Source: an uncultured Gemmatimonadales bacterium
GTDB lineage: Bacteria; Gemmatimonadota; Gemmatimonadetes; Longimicrobiales; RSA9
DNA: 64,000 nt
Reading direction: 5' to 3'
Assembly (NCBI GenBank): GCA_963798085.1
Contig: CAWCRS010000003.1
Coordinates: forward strand, 448,001-512,000
Made by a program: the position numbers and the translations under genes. Positions 18,727 through 27,712 of this stretch are shown here, one piece after another. Positions within the stretch are counted from its first letter, which is position 1. The number at the start of each line of letters is the position of its first letter. The notes under the pieces are model-generated. The model had not been told where the DNA came from. It worked only from the letters and a program-made list of their open reading frames with translations, and did no database searches.

Positions 18727-20685
18727 GTGAGCGAGCCGCCCGCGCGGCTGCCGGAATCCACGGGCGAGGTGCCCGCCATCTCGCCCGCACCACTGCCCTT
18801 CCACCTGAGCGCGCTGCGCACCACCGGCCGGGGCGTCGATCCCTTCGTGATCGCCGGACGCCGCGCTTTTGCACTCGGCAGCGAAGACACAGGCGTGCAT
18901 TGCGTCTGCCTGGATGGTCTGCACGCGCTCCATGACACCCGCCTGCACGATGCCGTTTTCCAGTCCGTCGAAGTCACCGCGCTCGGCACCGAACGCCAGC
19001 TGCTGCTGCACGGCGCGCAACTGCTCGAGCGCGTGCACATTCCGCGCGAGCAGCCCGCCGCGATTCTCGAATGGACACACACGCGCTCCATCGACGGCGC
19101 GGCCGCCGCTGTCGAGTTGCGCTTCACATGGCAGATCCAGCCCTCACCCGTCACGCCGGAACCGCCGCCCGCCTGGCGGCGTCAGGGCGGGGCGCTGATC
19201 CTCAGCCACGCAGGCCGCGTCATCGCCTGCCTGTCCGACCATAACGCGCAGTTAGAAGCGTCGGAAACCGCGCAGGGTCTGCACTGCCAGCTGCGCGCAC
19301 GGCTCGCGCCCGGCGAGTCCGTGCGCCTGCTCGTCACGGTTGCAGCAGGTGCAGGCGACGCTGTGGCTTCTGCTTTCGTACCGCTGCGCGATCCCGCCGC
19401 GCTGGTCCGTGCGGCGGGCGCCGGACTGCGCCGTCTCCGTCACGAGCGATTGTCCCTGGATGCACCGGACGAGCGTGCCGGTGAGGCGATCGAATGGGTC
19501 AAGTACCGGCTGGATCGCCTGCGCATCGACGTGCCCGGCGGTCGCTCCATGGTGGCCGGCTTCGGTTGCCCCGGCACGAACGGCAATGGTGGTCGCGATT
19601 GTGCGCTCCGCCACCTGTCCAGCGATGCCGCGTGGTCCGCGCTGGCGGCGCTTGCCACTGGCGATTTCGAAGCGGCTCGTGATCTGGTGCGCTGCCTGGG
19701 CAGTCTCCAGCAACCGGATGGCGCGATCCCGCTCGCCGCTCCGAGCGCTCCCGCCGCGGCGTCCCAACCGGACATCGAGGCCACCGCACTCTGGCTGCTG
19801 CTCGTCGCCCGAACGCTTGCATGGACCGGCGACCTGGCTTTCGTATCGGCGGCGTGGCCGCGTGTGCGCGCCGCTGCCGATTGCCTGCGTGCGGCGTCGC
19901 CCCGGGCCGGTGATGCGCGCGGACTCGGCCCGGTCGCGTTGCGCGAACTCGCCATTGCCGCCGAGTCCGTCGGCAATGCCGGGCTGGCGCGCGCGGCAGG
20001 AGACGCCGCTTCGGCGGGTTCCGCTGCGACGCGGCCCGCGGTAACGACGGGCGCATGGCCCGGCGTCGTCGCCCGCAACCTTGAGGGAGGGGTGTCACGC
20101 CACGCCATCGACGGCTGGCGCAGCTGGAGCGCCTATGCCAATGGCCGGCCCGAATCAGCCTTCGCCCTCTGGCGAGGCCTGCTGGAGGGCGGCTTCGCGG
20201 CCGCGCGTGGTTCGTGGCCTGACGTGCGTGATTCCCCGGACGGCCCGCCAGTGCAGGCGGCAGCTTCTGGATCCGCCGCCCGCGGCTGCGTCGATCACGC
20301 CCTTTCTGCGGCCGCGGCGATCTGGCCGCTGGCATTCGGCCTCCTGGGCGCCGATCCGGATGCGCTCCGTCATCGACTGCGGCTCCGGCCACAGCTGCCG
20401 CAGGAATGGGATCGCCTGGACGTGCGCGGGCTCTGCGTAGGCAATGCCGTCTTCGCGCTGCGCTACCGTCGAGCCGCCGCGTCGCATGTCTTCACGGTCT
20501 CGCAGGAGTCGGGCGCAGTGCCCTTCCGGCTCGTGCTGGAGCCCGCCATTGCAAGTGGCATCACCCGCGTGCGACTGGATGGTCAGGACGCCTCGCTCGA
20601 CGTACGGCGATTCGGCGAGCGTTGGCTGGTGCCGGTCCAGCTCATGGCGGAGCGCGAGCGCAGCATCGAGATCACGTCGGGGTGA
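18727..20685 (+). CDS. Six-hairpin glycosidase-like (glycogen-debranching-enzyme-like) protein, divergent
   Basis: MVAGFG, DAAWSALAAL..GDFE.AR..V..L...QQPDG.IP, LRPQLP.EW; Ala-rich. Confidence 0.55.
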   Translation: MSEPPARLPESTGEVPAISPAPLPFHLSALRTTGRGVDPFVIAGRRAFALGSEDTGVHCVCLDGLHALHDTRLHDAVFQSVEVTALGTERQLLLHGAQLLERVHIPREQPAAILEWTHTRSIDGAAAAVELRFTWQIQPSPVTPEPPPAWRRQGGALILSHAGRVIACLSDHNAQLEASETAQGLHCQLRARLAPGESVRLLVTVAAGAGDAVASAFVPLRDPAALVRAAGAGLRRLRHERLSLDAPDERAGEAIEWVKYRLDRLRIDVPGGRSMVAGFGCPGTNGNGGRDCALRHLSSDAAWSALAALATGDFEAARDLVRCLGSLQQPDGAIPLAAPSAPAAASQPDIEATALWLLLVARTLAWTGDLAFVSAAWPRVRAAADCLRAASPRAGDARGLGPVALRELAIAAESVGNAGLARAAGDAASAGSAATRPAVTTGAWPGVVARNLEGGVSRHAIDGWRSWSAYANGRPESAFALWRGLLEGGFAAARGSWPDVRDSPDGPPVQAAASGSAARGCVDHALSAAAAIWPLAFGLLGADPDALRHRLRLRPQLPQEWDRLDVRGLCVGNAVFALRYRRAAASHVFTVSQESGAVPFRLVLEPAIASGITRVRLDGQDASLDVRRFGERWLVPVQLMAERERSIEITSG

Positions 20686-20709
20686 GGCGGGACCGGCAGG
20701 ACCGGGCGC

Positions 20710-20740
20710 AAAAAAAAGATCCGCCCCGCAGGGCGGATCT
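20710..20740 (-). terminator. Rho-independent terminator
   Basis: AGATCCGCCC-cgca-GGGCGGATCT stem followed by a T run on the minus strand, downstream of 20771-20971. Confidence 0.85.
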
Positions 20741-20770
20741 CCTGGAGAATTTGCCGAAAATCGATCTGCT

Positions 20771-20971
20771 TCAGCGCCCGTTTCGCGCGACCATGCGGCC
20801 GTCACCGCGGAGCAGCTCACGCAGGTGGGCAGGCCGCTCGGGCACGGACGTGCGAATGATCGTCCGCGCGTAAGCTATTTTCTCGTCTTCCGATAGCTTG
20901 TCGACCACCGCAATGGGAGCGCCGTAGCGAAGGAGTAACCGCTTGGCATCCCGGGCAACCGTGTCGTCCAT
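20771..20971 (-). CDS. Small hypothetical protein (66 aa)
   Basis: AGGAGG RBS, own terminator, candidate promoter TTGAAA-N16-TAAGTT at 21005-21032. Confidence 0.75.
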   Translation of the reverse strand: MDDTVARDAKRLLLRYGAPIAVVDKLSEDEKIAYARTIIRTSVPERPAHLRELLRGDGRMVARNGR

Positions 20972-21182
20972 CGGCCCTCCTGAAGGGGGAACTGCGAACC
21001 TCCTAACTTATCGATTTTTCCTCGAATTTCAACGGCTGCGAACCGTTTCGGGCCCGCTCCTCGCGGTTCTGACCGGCTCGTCGAAGGGGACTGTCTCGGG
21101 AGATTGCCTCCGTCGATGACCGTGTAGCAGCCGGTCTGATTGCTGACCCGGCTGCCTCGCCGATTGCTGTCCTGGATGGGAC

Positions 21183-21308
21183 TTACTTCGACCGGGAGGA
21201 TGCCTGCTTGGTGGTGGCGGCAGCCTTCGCCGTCTTTCTCGGCCGCCGGTTGCCGTAGGTCCCGCGGTACCGCTTCCCCTTCTTCGTGCGACGATCGCCC
21301 TTGCCCAT
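21183..21308 (-). CDS. thx: 30S ribosomal protein bTHX
   Basis: MGKGDRRTKKGKRYRGTYG signature; GGAGG RBS. Confidence 0.9.
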   Translation of the reverse strand: MGKGDRRTKKGKRYRGTYGNRRPRKTAKAAATTKQASSRSK

Positions 21309-21384
21309 GAAGCCTCCGTCCGATTGTTCGAGCTGCGTCAGTCTCCAATCTCGACTCGCGCCCGGCACCTCGCCAGTCCCCCAC

Positions 21385-22719
21385 CTAGGCTTTCTCCTTT
21401 TCGTGGCTCAGATAGACAGTGCCGTTCTTCATGACGAAGCGGACGTGCTCGAGTGCGTGGATATCGGACGTCGGATCGCCTTCGATGGCCACCAGGTCCG
21501 CGAACGAGCCCGGTTTGAGCACGCCGATGAGATTGGGCATGCCGATCAGCTTCGCTGCGCTGATCGTGGCCGCCTGCAGCACCTGCGGCAGCGCCATCCC
21601 CGCCTCCGCGTAGGCGAACAGGACGTGCCTGGCCGCCTGCCCCTGCGGCATGCTCATGTCGATGTACATGTCGGAGCCGGCCGCGATGGGAACCCCCGCC
21701 CGTATCGCGCGCATGAGCCGGTCGTGCAGCCCCGCCACCATGCCGGCGAGCTGCTGGGTGCTCGGTTCCGGTGAGCCCGGCGAAGAGCCCCGAACGAAGA
21801 GTCGCATGAAACCTGTGTCGACATCGGTGGGAACCATGAAGGTGCCCTTCTTCGCCATCAGCGCGAGCGTCGAGTCGGCAACGCTGTAGGCGTGTTCCAC
21901 GCTCTCGACGCCCGCCTCCGTTGCTCGCCATACCGCGTCATCGTCGGTGGCGTGTGCGGCCACCCTGACGTGCATGCGATGCGCTTCGTCAACGATGGCG
22001 CGCATCTCTGCAGGCGACAGGTAACCGGGGTTGGGAGTGTTGTTCGAGTAGATCTTGATGACGTGCGCGCCGTAGGTGATGTTCTCGCGCACCGCCTGCG
22101 CCGCGTCTTCGGCGCCGTGCACGATGCGGTATTCGTCCTTCGCAATGTCGTGGAACGACTGCTGTACGCCTGGAAACTGTCCGCCTTCCGGGCTCAGCCC
22201 GGGACCCGACACGAACATGCGCGGTCCGTCCACGCTGCCATCTTCAATGGCGCTGCGCAGCGCGACGTCGCCGAATTGTCCGGAATTGCCCAGATCCCGC
22301 ACGCTGGTGATGCCCGCGGCCAGAAATGTGCGCGCCCTTGCCGCGCCGTGCAGCGCGCGCAGTGGCGTTCCCTCCACCACCACAGAGCGCACGCCCTCCA
22401 TGGTCAGACCGGGGCCCAGTTTCTCGAGGTAGAGCAGGTGCGTGTGCGCATCGATCAGACCCGGCATGACGGTGAACGCACGCAGATCGATCACACGCGC
22501 GCCCGCCGGCACACTCAGATTCTCGCCCACACTCACCACCCGATTGCCGCGCACCAGGATGTCCCTTGCCGGCAGCATCCTTCCCGATTCGCTGTCGAAG
22601 AAGCGACCCGCGCGAATCAGTTTCGTGCCCGTGTCCGGCGGCGTCTGGGCCCGCAGAACTGTGGTGTTTGCGAGCAGGATGACGGCAGCAACTGCGAGCG
22701 CGCCCCGATGGATGCTCAT
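21385..22719 (-). CDS. Secreted amidohydrolase (Xaa-Pro dipeptidase-like)
   Basis: MPGLIDAHTH, VAAHA, SVEHA, AGSD, G..ADLVA..GDP..DI. Confidence 0.9.
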   Translation of the reverse strand: MSIHRGALAVAAVILLANTTVLRAQTPPDTGTKLIRAGRFFDSESGRMLPARDILVRGNRVVSVGENLSVPAGARVIDLRAFTVMPGLIDAHTHLLYLEKLGPGLTMEGVRSVVVEGTPLRALHGAARARTFLAAGITSVRDLGNSGQFGDVALRSAIEDGSVDGPRMFVSGPGLSPEGGQFPGVQQSFHDIAKDEYRIVHGAEDAAQAVRENITYGAHVIKIYSNNTPNPGYLSPAEMRAIVDEAHRMHVRVAAHATDDDAVWRATEAGVESVEHAYSVADSTLALMAKKGTFMVPTDVDTGFMRLFVRGSSPGSPEPSTQQLAGMVAGLHDRLMRAIRAGVPIAAGSDMYIDMSMPQGQAARHVLFAYAEAGMALPQVLQAATISAAKLIGMPNLIGVLKPGSFADLVAIEGDPTSDIHALEHVRFVMKNGTVYLSHEKEKA

Positions 22720-22892
22720 TGTTTGACCCGTAGTGGAGTGAACCCTGATGAGCGGATGCCCACTGCGCTTCAGTTTACGGGACGGCCGCGATGCCGCGCG
22801 AGTTTCAGCGGGTCAGAGGCAGGCGGGTGGAGCCGGCCGGCGACGACCGCGACGGCGAGAATCGCCTGTCTGCGATCGCCGCCGGCATGTCG

Positions 22893-23524
22893 TCAGTGCG
22901 GTCCGATACCGATGGCGAACAGCAGCTTCAGAAAGAGATCATGCTGCATGGTGTTGCTGCCATTGGTGAAATCGAACTGACTGATGTAGTCGGACACTTC
23001 CGCGTCCAGATGGAACATGCTCTCCGGGAAGAGCGAAACGCCGGCGCCGAGCTGACCCGTCAGACGGGTCTGGTCCTTCAGGTAGCCACCGACCCCTGCC
23101 TGGTCCAGCCGGTCCTCATCGAAGTTGTACCACTTCGCGCCCGCACCTACCACGGCGTACGGACGCACCAGCGGCAGTGGCAGTGGTCGTATCACCAGCG
23201 CACCGGTCGCCGTCAGCACGGTCGACCGCAGCGCGCATGTCGAGCAGCCCACATTGTCCAGCGGCACGTCCGAATTGGTCGCATACGCCGCGTCAAAGCG
23301 GACATTCAGCGGCTGCTTCATGCTCCCGAATTCCAGGTTAGCGCCATACGCGAACGTCGATTCTTTCTTGCCGAAATCCACGGCCTGGACCTGCCCCAAT
23401 GCCGGGTCGGCGCGTACATGCCGAGCCACGGCGTGACCCTGAAGCCCTGGGCCTCAGCCGAAAACGGCAGCGCCATGACTGCCGCCGCCGCAAATGCCAG
23501 CATCCCTGTTGCCTTGAAACTCAT
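22893..23524 (-). CDS. Small outer-membrane beta-barrel protein; frameshift near 23403
   Basis: Signal peptide (AEA-Q) in one frame; amphipathic strands with RPYAVVGAG in the next. Confidence 0.7.
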
Positions 23525-23564
23525 ACTCGTTCTCCGTTTCGAGTTCTCCCTCGCTCGTGGGTTA

Positions 23565-23581
23565 TGCAAACCGGGTGCCCA
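23565..23581 (-). promoter_or_regulatory. Candidate sigma-54 (-24/-12) promoter for the beta-barrel gene
   Basis: Minus strand TGGGCACCCGGTTTGCA has GG-N10-GC spacing with GGCAC and TTGCA, 40 bp upstream of the ATG. Confidence 0.65.
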
Positions 23582-23818
23582 CTGCCGTAAGGTGTTTCAC
23601 CAAAATGAATTGTGGCCATGACCCGCCTCCGGTTCCTCGGAGCGACGACGGGCGGCCGCTCCCCACGCGCCTCGTACTTCTGGTGAGCCGATGGCCTCCG
23701 TCTTCCCGCGCTTCGCTGAAGCCCCCCCGAAACCGGTACCCTTGCCCCTCCCTCCAACCACCTCGCACCCGCCGGCACGCAGCCCGGAACGTGCCCCTCG
23801 CGCCGTCGCCGGGCCGTC

Positions 23819-23846
23819 GCAACCTTTTGCTACCGGGATTCGTCTA
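23819..23846 (+). promoter_or_regulatory. Candidate ECF-sigma promoter
   Basis: GCAAC-N17-CGTCTA upstream of 23909. Confidence 0.5.
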
Positions 23847-23908
23847 TATTAGGAGCGGTGCGGGACTGGCCCCTTTCCCCCACCACTCGGCTTCAACGAA
23901 GCACAGGC

Positions 23909-24325
23909 ATGAGTCTCTGGCTGACTGTCACGCTCGCGGTCGTCGTCTCAATCACCGTCGCCTCCGTACGCGCGCTCATTCTGCGTGTAATGAAGCGGCG
24001 GCGTCCGCGCGTTGTGGAGCAGCCCAACTCGGCTTACACGCCGAAGCTCGTGCTCGACCGCGATGCCCGCGATCTCTGGCGCGCCATTCCGCTGGAACGG
24101 GTACACGAGATCAACCGTGGTGAAGTGCAGCGCCTGCTGGATCGCGTCGAAGCGCTCGGTGTCGACGGCCTGACTCAGCGCGAACGCACATTCCTCGATC
24201 GCATGGCCGAGCTGAATCCGCCGCTCCCCGAACCGCAGCGCTCCAACGGTCGCTCCGGCGATCCCTTCTGGCCTGACCCCTTCGGATTCGAACGACGCCT
24301 CGGCACCCACGACGCCAATCACTGA
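23909..24325 (+). CDS. Membrane-anchored protein with DUF6576-like C-terminal motif
   Basis: N-terminal TM; EVQRLLDRV...G.DGLT..ER.FL resembles the tail domain usually fused to rhomboids. Confidence 0.6.
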   Translation: MSLWLTVTLAVVVSITVASVRALILRVMKRRRPRVVEQPNSAYTPKLVLDRDARDLWRAIPLERVHEINRGEVQRLLDRVEALGVDGLTQRERTFLDRMAELNPPLPEPQRSNGRSGDPFWPDPFGFERRLGTHDANH

Positions 24326-24629
24326 GCCCGTTGATCCGTCATTCCCGCCACGCCTTGCCGTCCAGTTACAAAGCCAGTCACTCCTCCAGGCAGCGCCCCA
24401 CTGTGTCCGCTGTGTCCTCCGTGCGCTGAAATCCGTTGTTATCCCTTGGCCTGCCACCACCGCGACGTCTACGCATTACCCGTGGCCCCTCCCCGCATCC
24501 CCCTGCCGTCTCGGCCCTGTTCCCCCTGCAACGTCTCGACGCAGGCGCACCCCGCCGCGCATGATTGACATCCGCCACTCCCACCCCCAAGTCTCCTGAT
24601 CATCAGGCAGCCCACCAACCCTGACTCCC

Positions 24630-27051
24630 GTGAAACGCAACATTACTGTTCTCAGTCTCACGCTCGTTTGTCTGCTGGGCGCCCAGGCCGTCATTTCCAC
24701 TCACCTGTCCGCACAGGATGCGCGGCGCTATCCAATCGTGCCTGCGCCCTCCCGGCTGGTCGCCCGGCCCGGCGAGTTTGCTCTGAACCGGAGCACGACC
24801 ATTGTCCTGTCGCGGCCTGCGGACGCCGAGCTGCACCGCATTGCCGAGACGCTCGCGCGCCCGCTCCGCGCTCTGTCAGGCCTGCCACTGCCGATCGCGA
24901 CGCGAGCGGCCCGCGCGAGCGAGGACAACGCCATCGTCCTGCGACTGACAGGACCAGCCGCGTCGTCACGCACCGCAGCGGCTCCCTACGACTGGTCCGC
25001 GGGCATCGACGAAGCCTACCATCTCTCTGTTGACGGGAATTCGATTGCATTGTCGGCGACGACGCACGCCGGCGTCTTTCGCGGGATACAGACGCTGCGC
25101 CAGCTGCTGCCTGCCGCCATCGAAACCGTGTGGAGCGATGCGGATTCCACAGCGACTCCTGCGCTCACGACGGTAACCGTGCCAGCGGTCGACATCACGG
25201 ACGCGCCCCGTTTCCGCTATCGCGGCATGCACCTCAATGTGGGGCGTCATTTCTTCCCGGTCTCGTTCATCAAACGCTACATCGACAGGCTCGCCGCCTA
25301 CCGCATGAACGTGTTCCACTGGCATCTCGACGGAGGACCAGGGCTGGCGCATCGAGATTCGCAGGTATCCTCGCCTCACGACGGTGGGCTCGTGCCGCGC
25401 CGAGACCATTGTCGATCGCAACTTCGACCCGTATGTCGGCGATGGACAGCCCTACTGTGGCTTCTACACGCAGCAGGAAATCCGTGAGGTCGTTGCCTGG
25501 GCTGCTGCGCGCTACATCACGATTCTGCCCGAGATCGAGATGCCCGGCCACTCGGTGGCCGCGCTGGCCGCGTATCCCGAGCTGGCCTGCACGCCCGGTC
25601 CATTCCAGGTATCGACGCGCTGGGGCGTCACGGAAGACATCTACTGCCCGAGTGAGCGCACCTTCGGCTTCCTCCAGGATGTGCTGACCGAAGTGATGCG
25701 CCTCTTCCCCGGTCGCTACATCCACGTTGGTGGCGATGAAGCGCCCAAGCGCGCCTGGCAGAAGAGCGAGCTGGCGCAGCAGCTGATCCGCAGGGAAGGG
25801 CTGCACGACGGGGATGCGCTGCAGAGCTGGTTCATTCGCCGCATCGAGAGATTCCTGAGCGGGCACGGCCGCCGCCTGATCGGCTGGGACGAGATCCTCG
25901 AGGGCGGCATTGCCCCCGAAGCCACGGTCATGTCCTGGCGAGGCATCGATGGCGGCATCGCGGCGGCCCGACAGGGTCATGATGTGATCATGACGCCTGA
26001 CAGCCATGTTTATTTCGACTACTACCAGGGTGACCCTGCCGGCGAGCCTCTCGCCATTGGCGGATTCACACCGCTCGATCGCGTCTACGGCTACGAGCCC
26101 GTGCCGCCCGAGCTGAGCGCGGCCGAGGCCGCACACATCCTGGGCACGCAGGGCAATGTCTGGACCGAGTACATGAAGACCACGGACTACGTCGAGTACA
26201 TGGTCATGCCCCGCATGCTGGCGCTTTCCGAAGTGCAGTGGTCACCACGCGAGCGCCGCAATTACAGCGATTTCCTGCAGCGGCTGCCGGCCCAGCTGCT
26301 GCGCCTGGATGCAGCGGGCGTGCATTACCGCGTGCCTGATGTGGTGGGCCTGGAAAGCGACGCCATCACACTCGAGCCGACGGTGCACGTGACGCTCTCG
26401 GTGCCGCTCTCCCGCGCCACGATCCGCTACACCACGGACGGATCCGATCCATCGACTGCATCCGCTCTGTACGCCTCGCCCTTCGACCTGCCCGTCAGCG
26501 AGCAGCCCGTCACGGTTGCGGCTCGTGCCTTCCTCGCCGATGGACGCAGCAGCGCCATCCGTCGCGCCAGCTTCACGCATACCACTCTGCGCGAACCCGA
26601 TCCCGTGCGCGAGGACGTGCTTGCGCCCGGGCTGTGTGTCGATCAGTTCGAAGGCAGCTTCCGGCGAGCCGATGACGTGCGTGCGCGCTCGCCGCTGCGT
26701 ACGGTCGTGTCCCCGCTCGTGCAGCTGCCCGCGGACATCGCCGCCGAACGCTTCGGCCTGCGCTACACCGGCTATCTCCACGCACCAGCAGATGGCATTT
26801 ACACGCTTTATCTGTCGTCCGATGACGGCAGCCGCCTTCGCATCGGCAGCTCACTCGTGGTGGACAATGATGGCGCGCACGGGGAAGTCGAAAAGTCGGG
26901 CCAGATCGCACTGCACGCCGGCTGGCACGCCCTCGAAGTCGACTACTTCCAGGCCGGCGGCGGCAAGGCCCTCTCTCTCGCCATGGCCTCGACCGGCAGT
27001 GCCAAACACCCGGTTAACGCCACGCAGCTCGCCTGCCTCGCCTCCAGGTAA
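24630..27051 (+). CDS. Beta-N-acetylhexosaminidase GH20 + FN3-associated + PA14; frameshift near 25328
   Basis: RYRGMHL.VGRHF, HWHL/TEDQGW, PEIEMPGH, HVGGDE, IRYTTDGSDP, SDDGSRL. Confidence 0.92.
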
Positions 27052-27057
27052 ATACGC

Positions 27058-27295
27058 CACCGCGGAGAACGGGAAGACACCCGGAGAAGCCGCGGAGTGA
27101 CGAACTTTTGTTGTTAACGGATTACCAATCAACGGAATTACAGATCAACGGAAACGGACCAGCGGATTGAAAGGGGGCGTGGCATCCCGAGAGCATCATC
27201 GCTCCGCGGTTACGGCGTCTCCGGCAACCGCGTTGGCAAACGCCCCGCTGCAGTACGATCTGTTCCCCGGCAACCAGCCCCGGCAACGCAGCACC
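27058..27295. repeat. Intergenic degenerate repeat element (AACGGA array, CCGCGGAG inverted pair, CCCCGGCAAC units)
   Basis: AACGGA at 27116, 27131, 27147 and 27153; CCGCGGAG at 27060 vs CTCCGCGG at 27202; GTTCCCCGGCAACCAGCCCCGGCAAC at 27262-27287. Confidence 0.6.
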
Positions 27296-27325
27296 AATGA
27301 CCGCGAAGCCGGGCTGCGATGCGCG

Positions 27326-27544
27326 TCAGTTCATGGCTTCCTCAGCCGTGTAGCCTTCTTCGCTGACGATGCTGGCCAGGGCGCGGGGTGACGTCCGGGT
27401 ATCGTCGTAGTCGACGGTAGCGCGGCCTTTGGCCAGGTCCACGATGGCGTGCGTCACGCCGGCGGTGTTTTCCAGCGCTTCCTTCACGGTCTTCACGCAG
27501 TGGCCGCAGCTCATGCCGCTGACCTTCAGTGTGGCGGTGGCCAT
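27326..27544 (-). CDS. copZ: Copper chaperone (HMA domain)
   Basis: GMSCGHC motif, 72 aa. Confidence 0.92.
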   Translation of the reverse strand: MATATLKVSGMSCGHCVKTVKEALENTAGVTHAIVDLAKGRATVDYDDTRTSPRALASIVSEEGYTAEEAMN

Positions 27545-27712
27545 GCCGGCCTCCTCGTCAATGCAGTTGTGGAGTGCGCGCGCTCAGGGGTAGCGCCGCA
27601 ACAGGAAATATCACTTGACCCGGATCGTGGCCAGCGTGCCAGCCGCAGTTACGACAACCCGACGCATCATGACGGCGGTCCCGGCAGGCTCCGGTGTTGG
27701 CGATCGCTCGCA

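Noticed and set aside
27058..27165. CRISPR array in the AACGGA repeats
   Set aside because: Units are only 6-8 bp with short irregular spacing; no 23-47 bp repeats and no cas genes
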